Shown here in pieces: positions 33,462-42,155 of a stretch of 44,507 nt of DNA; positions within the stretch are counted from its first letter, which is position 1; every line of letters begins with the position of its first letter. The stretch is from a virus (Duplodnaviria; Caudoviricetes). The DNA is taken from the IMG/VR virus record IMGVR_UViG_3300033407_000036, positions 1 to 44,507 of that record; one strand, 5' to 3'. The notes beneath the pieces are model-generated. The model was not told where the DNA came from, did not search any database, and was given only the letters and a program-made list of their open reading frames with translations. The translations under genes and the position numbers were made by a program.

Positions 33462-34906
33462 CTCAGCCCCAGCGGTGCAACATCCATCGGCCCGAGTTCA
33501 ACGCCCCTTGCGTGGCTCCAGGATGCCCCGGCAGCGACCTTCACGCCCGCGCGGTGGTATCGCCCACCCTTCCTGAGCGGAACCCGTCCTGAGGCCTGTA
33601 GCGCGGCGTAGGAGCCATACGAGACAGACCCCGCCATCCGCTCCCGCGACCCCACCCTCGCCGTGGTCAGTGCCCCGGTATCCCCGTCGATCAGCGGGCG
33701 GCAGCCCATGACCATCGCCCTGCGTCCCTCGATCGGGTCTTTCTCGGTCGTCTCGAGAAGGGCCTCCATATTGGAGCCCTCGTAGAACGCCAGCTTGTGG
33801 TCGTCGCTGAACACCGAGAACACCTGGCGCCCGCCTTCCCAAACCCGGGAGTCCAGCGAGGGCGTCACGTCCTCAAGCGTGGCAAACAGGGCATCGAGAC
33901 CTTCCAGCGTAACGCCCGGCGTGGCGGCGTCTCCGATGAAGGTCACGTCATCGACTACCTGGCTCCACCGATCTGTGGAAGGGGAGTAGATCAGCTGCCA
34001 GTCGAAGGGCACGCCGTCGCCGGTATGGAAGGCCCAGCGGAACAGTCTCCGTTCAGGATCGAATCCACCCATTGTAGCGAAAACACGGTCGGTATTCACT
34101 AGATTGAGGAAGTAGTTATCGACCTTTTCCTTGCCGATAGGCTGGTCGTTGAAGTAGAAGCCGTCCTCAGCCAGATAGGCGATGCTGTCCCCTACCTGGA
34201 TAACCGAAGCGGGCGCGATGGTGCCTCTTGCATTGGCGATGTGCTCGAAGGCAAAGACGAGGCTCGATCCCGGCTGATGCGCCATGAAGCGGACGGCGTT
34301 CTGCTGGATGATGCGCTTTGCTGCGCCGCAGATCGCCATGACGGGGCCGCCGTCGGGGAAGGTCTGGGTATCCGAGTTCCCGGTGCTCCAGTTCGTCGGG
34401 TCGAGGGTGTCGCACCAGGTGATGGCGTTCTGATCGGAGGCAAGACAGCCAAGGACCAGATACCCCTCCACCACTCCGATATGCCGGGCCTGAGGAGGGG
34501 AGCCGGCGACGTTGGCGAACGCCGTCCCGGAGTCGATGTCGATCCTCTGGAGGGCGTCGTTCTCGTTGGTGGCGTAGAGGAACCCGTCGAAGGCCGCGAA
34601 GCCCCAGTTATGGTCCTCCGCGGGGCCGTTATAGGCGCCTGAGCCGAGGGACACATCGGCCCAGGTCAGGTCGGAGTCGAGGAGCCAGAGCTTGGTCTGG
34701 GTGGCGGCAAAGACGCGGGTGGCGCCGCTTGAGGTCTGGACAGAGACGAAGCCGCGGCAGGGGCCGGTGAGGGCAGCGGAATAGGCGGATTGGCTCTTGT
34801 GGGGAGCGTAGCCTACGGAGGTCGGATAGACGTTGCGGATGTTCTCGGAGTAGCCGGTTGCGAGTGTCGCGACATCGGGGCGGAACTCAGCGAAGGGGAG
34901 CTTCAT
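33458..34906 (-). CDS. Tail hub / DNA stabilization protein (P22 gp10-like)
   Basis: 482 aa, beta-propeller-like composition; synteny. Confidence 0.8.
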   Translation of the reverse strand: MKLPFAEFRPDVATLATGYSENIRNVYPTSVGYAPHKSQSAYSAALTGPCRGFVSVQTSSGATRVFAATQTKLWLLDSDLTWADVSLGSGAYNGPAEDHNWGFAAFDGFLYATNENDALQRIDIDSGTAFANVAGSPPQARHIGVVEGYLVLGCLASDQNAITWCDTLDPTNWSTGNSDTQTFPDGGPVMAICGAAKRIIQQNAVRFMAHQPGSSLVFAFEHIANARGTIAPASVIQVGDSIAYLAEDGFYFNDQPIGKEKVDNYFLNLVNTDRVFATMGGFDPERRLFRWAFHTGDGVPFDWQLIYSPSTDRWSQVVDDVTFIGDAATPGVTLEGLDALFATLEDVTPSLDSRVWEGGRQVFSVFSDDHKLAFYEGSNMEALLETTEKDPIEGRRAMVMGCRPLIDGDTGALTTARVGSRERMAGSVSYGSYAALQASGRVPLRKGGRYHRAGVKVAAGASWSHARGVELGPMDVAPLGLR

Positions 34907-35112
34907 GCGTCGAGCCTGTTCGAGAGGCGGACTGCACTAGCAACTGCCGTCATCTTCGGAAGCGTCTCCAGTGCCTCGGCAAGCGTGTTGAAGCGCATCC
35001 CGGTGAGGCATCCGTCATCGTTGTTGTCGAACGCCGCAACGACCCAGCCGCCGTTGCGGCTCTTGCGGATGTCGATGCGCTCGATGAGGCCGGGGGGCTT
35101 CGGGCGTTTCAT
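34903..35112 (-). CDS. Hypothetical protein
   Basis: Coupled; IDIRKSRNGGWVV. Confidence 0.6.
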   Translation of the reverse strand: MKRPKPPGLIERIDIRKSRNGGWVVAAFDNNDDGCLTGMRFNTLAEALETLPKMTAVASAVRLSNRLDA

Positions 35113-35777
35113 CAGTCCCCCGTCGTGTAGTTGAACGGCCACCGCCGCCCGAGAAGCGCAACATCCACCCGGAGCGGAGCGCGCACCGACTGACTCTCCA
35201 GCCAGACCACGTCATCCAGAGCCCGGTCGAAACGGGCCTGGTATTTGACCAGCGCGTTGTCATCCATCTCATAGTCGGCCGCCTCGACAAGGGAGCCGTA
35301 GAGGTAGACGTCCGGGTAATTCGTCAGGAGCCAGTTGGGGTCAGATGCGCCGCCGGCCGACAGGTCGAACAGCTTTTTCCGGTAGAAGAACCTGAACGTG
35401 TGAGCGCTGTCGGCAAGCTGGTCGAGTTCGATGTTCCCAGCGTTGATGGCCCACTGCCTCGGGGGGCCGGAGGTGGTGTGGAGTTCCATCACCCCAGGCT
35501 GGATGCGAGCTAGTTCGGTTTCGTCCCCGTCCGTTGTCAGGAACAGGGCGTAGGCTTCGAGGAAGTCGCTGGGGAGGGTGATGTTGCGGGAGGCCGGCGT
35601 GGCCGTCAGGGTAGCATCGTTGACGCGGGAGAGCCGCACCGGGGCGATGCGGTTGAGCTTGTTTTCAGCGATGCGGATGAAGTCAGGCGTCAATGCTTCG
35701 TAATCAGAAACTCCGACGCGCTCCCGGCGCTCTGCGATGGCGGTCTGCAAGGTCGCGTAGCTGGTCGGGTAAGTCAT
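35112..35777 (-). CDS. Head-tail adaptor protein
   Basis: SYATLQTAIA, PDFIRIAENKLNR, LPSDFLE and NWLLTNYPDVYLYGSL. Confidence 0.85.
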   Translation of the reverse strand: MTYPTSYATLQTAIAERRERVGVSDYEALTPDFIRIAENKLNRIAPVRLSRVNDATLTATPASRNITLPSDFLEAYALFLTTDGDETELARIQPGVMELHTTSGPPRQWAINAGNIELDQLADSAHTFRFFYRKKLFDLSAGGASDPNWLLTNYPDVYLYGSLVEAADYEMDDNALVKYQARFDRALDDVVWLESQSVRAPLRVDVALLGRRWPFNYTTGD

Positions 35778-37135
35778 GCCGCCACCTGTCGAATGAGGTC
35801 CACGATCCGCTCTGTTGCCTTGCCGTCCAGCTTGCCCCAGCGCTCCCCGTCGCTAGACGTCAGTCTCTTCGGAAGCCTCTGGAGCGCTCCAAGAAATCCC
35901 GCATGATCTGTAACAGTCTCGACAGAAGGGACATGTCTGAAATCCGAATAGCCGTAGCCGAACACGTCGTAATTAATCACCGGGACGCCGCAGGAGATCG
36001 CCCACCGGATGGTTGCCGAGGCAAACCCGACATAGGCATCGCACAGCGCCACCAGATACGAGGTCGGCAGCGTCGTGAACGGGATGCCTTCCAGCGCCAC
36101 GAGGTTGCCCAAGGGCAGGAAGTTCGGATGCGGGCGGAACACCACGTTGTATTGCTCTTGGAGCGGCCTCAGGGCCAATCCTAGCGCCTTGGCGAGGGCT
36201 TCCATCGAACGATAGACGAAGCGCGGGCAGATCCCGGACTGGTTCGGACAGCCGCCAACCACCAGAAGGGGCTTGGAAGAGTACAGCCCGAGTTGCTTGT
36301 CCAGCACCTTCCGGCGCTCTGCCTTGTCGCCCCTGAGTTCCGCCAGTTCGTCGTCATAGACCGCGCCGACTACCCTGAGCCTGGAAGAAGGCACTCCGGA
36401 CACCCGGTAGTAGTCCCGCATCGCCTCGCTCTCGACGGCGATGGCATCGGCCCAGCCCGAGCAGAACATCCACGGATCGGGCGGAAGGCATTTCGTCAGC
36501 CAGTGCCCGACGACATGGCCGGCAGGAAGCCTCATGATACGACGGCCGTCCTGTTCCATCACCCACTCGGGGAAGAACCAGGCGATGACGCGGTTGAGGC
36601 CCTTGACCTGCACCCATGGGAACATGACGAGGCTTCGGAATGCTTCCTGCTCGTTGCAGATGGTATAGGGCAGGACGATGCTGGGGACGCCTTCCAGATG
36701 CCCCGCCTTGATGAAGACCGGGGTGACCATCCCCGCCACGTCCTCGGGGAGAATGATGACATCGGGCTTCTGCGCCCGGATCACGTCCCGATAGGCTTTG
36801 AGCAGATCCCGGTAAGCCTTGGTGAGATTGAAGAGCGGCCTGACCTTGTGCCAGATCGCGGTGAGCCTGCCCTCGATGCTGCGGCGTGGGACCATCCGAG
36901 TCGGGGGAGCATCTGGATCGTCCGAGACTTCCCGGTTGAAGTAGATGGCCTTTTCGATGGTGCCGTTGGCTTCGAGGGTGTTGAGTTCCGCCTCCACCGC
37001 CTGATCCTCGGGCTTGGTGGAATTCATGAAGTTATAGACGATGGAGATGCGGAAGCCGCGGTTACGGAGCGCCAGTGCGGCCCTCATCATTTCCGTATAG
37101 TCAGAGGGTCGCTGCGCTACTACCAGCGCCTTCAT
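35774..37135 (-). CDS. GT-B glycosyltransferase, sialyl/Kdo-transferase or CDP-glycerol transferase-like
   Basis: KPDVIILPED, FRPHPN, and CDAYVGFASATIRWAISCGVPVINYD...DGKATERIVDLI. Confidence 0.75.
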   Translation of the reverse strand: MKALVVAQRPSDYTEMMRAALALRNRGFRISIVYNFMNSTKPEDQAVEAELNTLEANGTIEKAIYFNREVSDDPDAPPTRMVPRRSIEGRLTAIWHKVRPLFNLTKAYRDLLKAYRDVIRAQKPDVIILPEDVAGMVTPVFIKAGHLEGVPSIVLPYTICNEQEAFRSLVMFPWVQVKGLNRVIAWFFPEWVMEQDGRRIMRLPAGHVVGHWLTKCLPPDPWMFCSGWADAIAVESEAMRDYYRVSGVPSSRLRVVGAVYDDELAELRGDKAERRKVLDKQLGLYSSKPLLVVGGCPNQSGICPRFVYRSMEALAKALGLALRPLQEQYNVVFRPHPNFLPLGNLVALEGIPFTTLPTSYLVALCDAYVGFASATIRWAISCGVPVINYDVFGYGYSDFRHVPSVETVTDHAGFLGALQRLPKRLTSSDGERWGKLDGKATERIVDLIRQVAA

Positions 37136-37431
37136 GCAGTACCCACGAAGCGGCGAATGGACTCCTTCATCGCCTCGGCGCTGTTGTTGACGCTCTCGGG
37201 GCTCTGGCCTTCACCTAAGGCGTCAAGCTGCCCGGCGAGCATACGCAGCGATTCCGCGAGGTGCTTGGCGCGGTAGCCGTGGCCGCGGTCGTTGTACGGC
37301 TTGCTAGGGAATGACCCCTCGCGCGGCATCGAAACGACGGCGCAGACCCGCTTCCCGGCGGCCAGATCGACTACATCAAGACATTCGGCGTCGTGCGTGA
37401 TGTCGTACCAGTTCCGCAGCCAGACGATCAT
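37132..37431 (-). CDS. Hypothetical protein
   Basis: Coupled ORF. Confidence 0.6.
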   Translation of the reverse strand: MIVWLRNWYDITHDAECLDVVDLAAGKRVCAVVSMPREGSFPSKPYNDRGHGYRAKHLAESLRMLAGQLDALGEGQSPESVNNSAEAMKESIRRFVGTA

Positions 37432-37715
37432 GCGGCCCGCTCCATCTTCCGATAAACGCCCATGTCCTCGTCCACCGCTTCGAACTCATGTGCTATGGAA
37501 GCCTGAGCCGGAGGGGACGTGCCGAACTCCTCGTACAGAGCCCGCATTTCGGCCCTGTGGCGCTTGATGCGCCGGCCCTCACCAATGAACCGGAAAAACA
37601 GGAACGGCTGCTGCAGGGCAACCTTGGCCATTCCAGCCACATGCCCGAGGCCGACCATTGCCAGCCAGGCGAGGATGACGGTGTAGAACGGATGGGTGAG
37701 AGCGAAGTCTACCAT
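37428..37715 (-). CDS. Hypothetical membrane protein
   Basis: N-terminal TM; coupled. Confidence 0.55.
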   Translation of the reverse strand: MVDFALTHPFYTVILAWLAMVGLGHVAGMAKVALQQPFLFFRFIGEGRRIKRHRAEMRALYEEFGTSPPAQASIAHEFEAVDEDMGVYRKMERAA

Positions 37716-37969
37716 GTGACCTCGCTCGGTTCGTCGGATGCACGCGGCGGCTTAGGAAGCGGCATCCAGTGGGTCGGATCGCGCCAAGAAAACTCGCCGT
37801 CAGCATTAATACCGGTCTGTGCCCACACCCATCCGCGCTCGCGTCTGCCATGATAGCCCCAGTAGATCACCCTGATCTCGGCTGGCCAGATCTCCGCCGC
37901 TGGGAAGTAGCCGAGGATTTTAACTCGGTGATCGTGCGGAGCCGTCTCTATCGGCTGCCAGTCGCTCAT
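37709..37969 (-). CDS. DUF551-like protein
   Basis: MSDWQPIETAP...PTHWMPLPKPP. Confidence 0.8.
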   Translation of the reverse strand: MSDWQPIETAPHDHRVKILGYFPAAEIWPAEIRVIYWGYHGRRERGWVWAQTGINADGEFSWRDPTHWMPLPKPPRASDEPSEVTW

Positions 37970-38817
37970 GCGGCTTCCTCCTGCGGAGTAGCGGCGATGT
38001 TGTCCGCCACGGCCTGACTTACCCATTCCAGCTCGTAGTCGTGGCCGTACTCGATCATCTGCCGAAGCAGGCCGCCCGATAGTTCCGAAAACACCTTCGC
38101 CCCATGCCCGGGGTTGTGCTCCTGTTCCATGTGAAACAGGGTCGAAAGCTCCTCGGCCTGTTTCAAAAAGTCCGGCGCGGTCAGAAAACTCTCGCCTCCG
38201 AGCGAGACGACGATCTCCTCGGGTCGCGGCTCGTGGCGATAGGCGTGCGTCTCGCCCCGCGGATACGAACTCTCGCAGCCGTAGAACACCACCTGCTTGA
38301 AGCCCAGCGTAAACCCGGTCATCGGAGTGGCGGTGGCCGTTGTAGAACCAGCGCCGATGATCTTTCCATGGGCACAGTCGAAAGTGGTAATATCCGCCCC
38401 GCCTTCCAGCAGGGTATCGAACACCGCCGGGTCGCACTGGGAGGCAACCACCGCCCACCTTGCCCCCTTGGCGAACTCGGCAACTTCGGGGAGCGCATCG
38501 CAGGTGAAGAACACCGCTACGATGCCTTCCGAGCGAAGCCACGAACAGGTCCCGTTGATCGCCCACACATCGCCACGGACAGGCTGCATCGAGGCGTAGC
38601 GGGTTTTGTACGGCTCCCGGTAGTCGGTGATCCCACGATAATGGTCGGTATAGCGGCGAGCGGACGGGCCGCCCCCAACGATGTGAAGAATGCCCGACCG
38701 CGTGCCCGTCCGGTCCTGGACCGTGGGAAGGCCCAAGGACCGGCAATAGGCGATATTGGCGTCGAGACGATCGGCCGGGACGACCGGCCGACCGATGAGG
38801 TTCAGCTTCATCCTCAC
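37966..38817 (-). CDS. Maf/DUF115-like (CstII-type fold) glycosyltransferase-like protein
   Basis: LHIVGGGPS, VWAING, ASQCDP and GSTT...LGFKQVVFYGCESSY. Confidence 0.75.
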   Translation of the reverse strand: MRMKLNLIGRPVVPADRLDANIAYCRSLGLPTVQDRTGTRSGILHIVGGGPSARRYTDHYRGITDYREPYKTRYASMQPVRGDVWAINGTCSWLRSEGIVAVFFTCDALPEVAEFAKGARWAVVASQCDPAVFDTLLEGGADITTFDCAHGKIIGAGSTTATATPMTGFTLGFKQVVFYGCESSYPRGETHAYRHEPRPEEIVVSLGGESFLTAPDFLKQAEELSTLFHMEQEHNPGHGAKVFSELSGGLLRQMIEYGHDYELEWVSQAVADNIAATPQEEAA

Positions 38818-39092
38818 GCAGCGGCTTCAATGGACGGCGACGGCGGCTGTGCGTCACTCGCCGGGTTGCCGTCGGGGTCCAGTATCTCGGGATACCGGAT
38901 GCGCTCGTCGCCGGGCGGCCAGCCGAGGCGCTCGTGCTCCGACTTACAGAGCGCATAGGCCACCTCGTGAGCCACGGCGTGGTTGTCGAACACGCCGTGC
39001 GACTCTACGCCAGCGGCGCCGTCCGCCCTCTTGTAGAAGCGCGTAACAATGAACCGGGCCACCGGGCGCACCCGGTACTCGATCTTTTCCAT
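38814..39092 (-). CDS. Hypothetical protein
   Basis: GGAG RBS; IEYRVRPVARFIVTRF. Confidence 0.7.
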   Translation of the reverse strand: MEKIEYRVRPVARFIVTRFYKRADGAAGVESHGVFDNHAVAHEVAYALCKSEHERLGWPPGDERIRYPEILDPDGNPASDAQPPSPSIEAAA

Positions 39093-39143
39093 GTTAGTCT
39101 CCGTGAGGAAGATACCGGAGAGACCGCTCCGGCTCGGTTAGCT

Positions 39144-39416
39144 TCACGAAGTGGACGGCCAGATGCCCAGATTGACCAGGGTGTTCCTGACCGAGGTCAT
39201 GAACGCCGTGACATCCGCCACCTGGGCAGAGGACGAATAGCCGTAGTTGCTGCCGCCCGAGAGGGCGGTGAGCGCCGTGAGCTTCGCCCCGGAGATCGCA
39301 GCCGAGTAACTGAACTGCGCGACCGGGGTGCCGCCGTAGACGGCAAGGAGGTCGCTGGCGGACTGTCCCAGAAGGGTGCCGTCCGGGCCGCCATCGGAGA
39401 GTTGCTTGGTAGCCAT
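39144..39416 (-). CDS. Putative capsid decoration protein
   Basis: DGTLLGQSASDLLAVYGGTPV...NTLVNLG; directly after the coat gene. Confidence 0.65.
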   Translation of the reverse strand: MATKQLSDGGPDGTLLGQSASDLLAVYGGTPVAQFSYSAAISGAKLTALTALSGGSNYGYSSSAQVADVTAFMTSVRNTLVNLGIWPSTS

Positions 39417-39440
39417 TGTGGGTTCTCCTCAGATGGCGGG

Positions 39441-40697
39441 TTAGGACAGGTCGGCCGCAGTGGACGCGCGGACGGCCTGGCGGGGGTCGATGGTGTCCAC
39501 CCCGTACAGGACATCGAGGCGCCACGAGGACTCGTCGTTGGTGCCGTCGTAGTAGGGGATGACGCGGACGCTGTAGCCTTTGTAGCTACGCCGGCCGACG
39601 TCCACCGCGCCCGGCGGCTTCACCATCGGGACCATGGTCAGGGCGAAGGCATTCTTCCGGAAGTAAAGGCTCTCCCGGAAGGCAGTGCTTGCAGTCCCGC
39701 GCCAGGTCACCGTGTTGTCGTCAATGTCGGTGCCGGTGGAGAGACTGACGGTCTGGTGCGCCCCCGACATGATCAGCGGCGGCCAGATCGAGATGTCACC
39801 CTCGTTGCTCGCCATCGTGGCGTCGGCCATGACGGTGAACATCTTCAGGTGCGCAAGGGCCTCCTTGCTCACCGGGTCCACGTCGTAGACATCCGAGATC
39901 GTGAAGGTATCGCCCTTCTTGATCGTGGCCGTAGCCGGGTCGGTGCCGTCGATGTGGAGGGTGACCGAGGTCGAGTCCTTGTACAGCGCCCAGGTGTGGG
40001 TGCCATCGACGAGGGTCTGATCCACAAGGTCGGTCGCAAGGCGCGAGCCGTAGGTATGAACCGGAGTGTTCTGCGACATGTAGGTGTCGATGCCGGCGAC
40101 CATGCCGAGCTCACCCTGGCGGTATGCCTGGTTGGCAGGACCGTTGATGAACAGGCCGGTGGTCGATCCGACAAAGGCCCAGTAGTCGGCGGGGCTCAGC
40201 ACCGCCACCCGGTCATCCTGGGGGATGGCCATTACGTCCATCCGCTCCGGCGCCAGCGCGAAGTCGGCGAAGGAGTTGATGCCGCCTGACGGGATCGTGA
40301 CGTGGTTCGGAATCTTGTAGTATTCCGACATGATGTCCCGATCGATGTGGTTCACCAGTTGGATCATCGCCGGCTTCAGCACACGATCCGACAGATCCCC
40401 GATCTGGAGAGTGAGCTGCTCGGAAGTGAACTTGAAGTCGATGCCGCGCTGGAGATCGACGGTGACGGGAATCTTGCCTTCCACAACGTCCTGAATGGAC
40501 GCGGTAGCGCCCGTGCGGACGGTGAAGTCGGCAGGGCGGCGGATCGAGATCGTTTCGCCCTTCTTGTACCCGTTGATGTTGCCGTCGAACTCGGACTCGT
40601 AGCCGCGATAGACAAGTTTGCCCATCACGCAGTTGTTTTCGAGGATCTGCACCGCCTCCTTGGCGATGATATCCGCGGTAAGGGTAGTGTTGGCCAT
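39441..40697 (-). CDS. Major capsid protein, P22 coat (gp5) family
   Basis: MANTTLTADIIAKEA, KGETISIRRP, KGDTFTI and RLDVLYG. Confidence 0.92.
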   Translation of the reverse strand: MANTTLTADIIAKEAVQILENNCVMGKLVYRGYESEFDGNINGYKKGETISIRRPADFTVRTGATASIQDVVEGKIPVTVDLQRGIDFKFTSEQLTLQIGDLSDRVLKPAMIQLVNHIDRDIMSEYYKIPNHVTIPSGGINSFADFALAPERMDVMAIPQDDRVAVLSPADYWAFVGSTTGLFINGPANQAYRQGELGMVAGIDTYMSQNTPVHTYGSRLATDLVDQTLVDGTHTWALYKDSTSVTLHIDGTDPATATIKKGDTFTISDVYDVDPVSKEALAHLKMFTVMADATMASNEGDISIWPPLIMSGAHQTVSLSTGTDIDDNTVTWRGTASTAFRESLYFRKNAFALTMVPMVKPPGAVDVGRRSYKGYSVRVIPYYDGTNDESSWRLDVLYGVDTIDPRQAVRASTAADLS

Positions 40698-40710
40698 GAT
40701 GTCCTTCTGG

Positions 40711-40778
40711 CGGGCTCAGAAGCCCGCACTGGGATAGGCGGCGTCTCACGACGCGGCCGTTGACGGGATGCCTCCCGT
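40711..40778 (-). promoter_or_regulatory. Hairpin cluster in the coat gene leader, including GCGTC-GTGA-GACGC
   Basis: Three adjacent hairpins; the GNRA hairpin recurs as GCGTC-GAGA-GACGC at 41707-20 upstream of the scaffold gene. Confidence 0.5.
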
Positions 40779-41672
40779 TCAGCCCTTCTCCCCCGCCCTG
40801 CGACGGCGCACGTATTCGTCCATCGACAGGTTGGAGTCGGTGAGGGGGCGCTTGGCCCCGGGGCTGCTGCGCGTGGCCACTCGATCCATCGCCACGGGGG
40901 CGGGGACGGACGGCTTGGGCGCGTCGGTCGGCTGTGGCTTGGAGGATTTCGCTTCGAGCCAGTCTCGGTGAAGCAGCCGGTAGTTCTTCGGGCTAATCAG
41001 TTGGACAAGTTCGTCTCTGGTGTAGCCGAGGTCTTCTACGGCGTAGCGTTCGAGTTCCTGGTCAAGCTGGGGCGTCCAGCCCTTGATGTTCTGTTGTGCC
41101 CACTGAGCGGTTTCTGCGGCGCGCTTGGCAGTCTCCTGCTGCGCTGTCGCTGTCCGTTCCTGGGCCTTCGTCTCCAGCGTGGCCTCAAGATTGCTCTTGA
41201 AGTCCTTGAGCTGCTGGTAATGCCGCCAGCCGCGCTGAGCGGCGTTCGGGTCCTGCTGTTCCCAAGTGTCCCAGTCCGCCTGAGCGTACTGTTCCAACTG
41301 GGCCTCGGCCGCGGCGAGCTGGCCGAGTTCCTTGCGGTATTCCGTGTAGCCCTTGGCCTGCTGTTCGAGCGTCTGCTTTTCGCTCTCCAGTGCCTTGCGC
41401 TGCTCGGCTACCTCCTGGGTCTTGCGGGTATAGTCGGCCTGCCGAAGCCATCCCTCCCGCAACTTCTGGGCACCACTCTTGGGGGCAGTGAACTTGATCC
41501 CCTCGTGCTCTAGCTCGTCGTACTCTTCCTCGACCGCATCCTCCGTTTCGGCAGGCTGCGGTGCGTTGAGGTCGCGGGGCTCTTCGGGAGCGGGTGCCGG
41601 GGTGCCCTCCTCGGGCTTGGCCCGGGGATCGCTCTGGACAGCCGATTCCGTTCCCTCGTTTCCGATGGTCAA
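40779..41672 (-). CDS. Scaffolding protein
   Basis: Acidic N-terminus, LRQADYTRKTQEVA, coiled coil and C-terminal SMDEYVRRR; TTG start with strong RBS. Confidence 0.85.
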   Translation of the reverse strand: MTIGNEGTESAVQSDPRAKPEEGTPAPAPEEPRDLNAPQPAETEDAVEEEYDELEHEGIKFTAPKSGAQKLREGWLRQADYTRKTQEVAEQRKALESEKQTLEQQAKGYTEYRKELGQLAAAEAQLEQYAQADWDTWEQQDPNAAQRGWRHYQQLKDFKSNLEATLETKAQERTATAQQETAKRAAETAQWAQQNIKGWTPQLDQELERYAVEDLGYTRDELVQLISPKNYRLLHRDWLEAKSSKPQPTDAPKPSVPAPVAMDRVATRSSPGAKRPLTDSNLSMDEYVRRRRAGEKG

Positions 41673-41750
41673 ATTCTCACTCCTCAGGGGAGGCTGGTGA
41701 AGGTTGGCGTCTCTCGACGCTAATCAACGGTACTCGACGCTAATCGAGCG

Positions 41751-42137
41751 TCAGACGGCGGCGGCCTTGCGCCGATGACGCCATGCGTACACGCGGCATT
41801 TGTCGGAGCAGTAGAGGGCGTGCGAGCAGCGGCCAGTGCCCGTGCCTGTCAGAAAGGTCGTTCCGCAGTGCAAGCAGGCGTGCTGGCGGCGTCCTGTGCC
41901 CTTGACCTCGACCATCTCTCGGAGCGAGGCGACTTCCCCACGCAGTTCGCTGATAAGCTCCATCAGGCTTTGAATGGTGACCGGCCGGCACTGGTCTGCC
42001 AGTTCGTCCGGCGGGCGAAGAGAGAAGGCAGCAGCGCTTGCGGCGGCCGCCATTTCCCGCACCAAGTTGTTAATCCCACCGGGGACCGTGCTCGCGGACC
42101 AGTCGATCTCGGTCAAAGCTAGGCTCTCCACATTCAT
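41751..42137 (-). CDS. Zinc-finger protein (CGNR-like C-terminus) with a tail-fibre-like N-terminal motif
   Basis: CLHCG...YCSDKCRVYAWRHRR; central coiled coil. Confidence 0.65.
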   Translation of the reverse strand: MNVESLALTEIDWSASTVPGGINNLVREMAAAASAAAFSLRPPDELADQCRPVTIQSLMELISELRGEVASLREMVEVKGTGRRQHACLHCGTTFLTGTGTGRCSHALYCSDKCRVYAWRHRRKAAAV

Positions 42138-42155
42138 GCCGCCATGTTGGTGAAG

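Noticed and set aside
37970-38956. Upstream part of the 415-aa ORF 37709..38956
   Set aside because: Arg/Gly-rich off-frame overlap of the Maf-like gene. Only the last 86 codons (from ATG 37969) look like a real DUF551-like gene.
38934-40289. 451-aa plus-strand ORF and similar long antisense ORFs (for example 36293..37276, 29866..30651)
   Set aside because: Shadow frames of GC-rich genes on the opposite strand, with no motifs or RBS.
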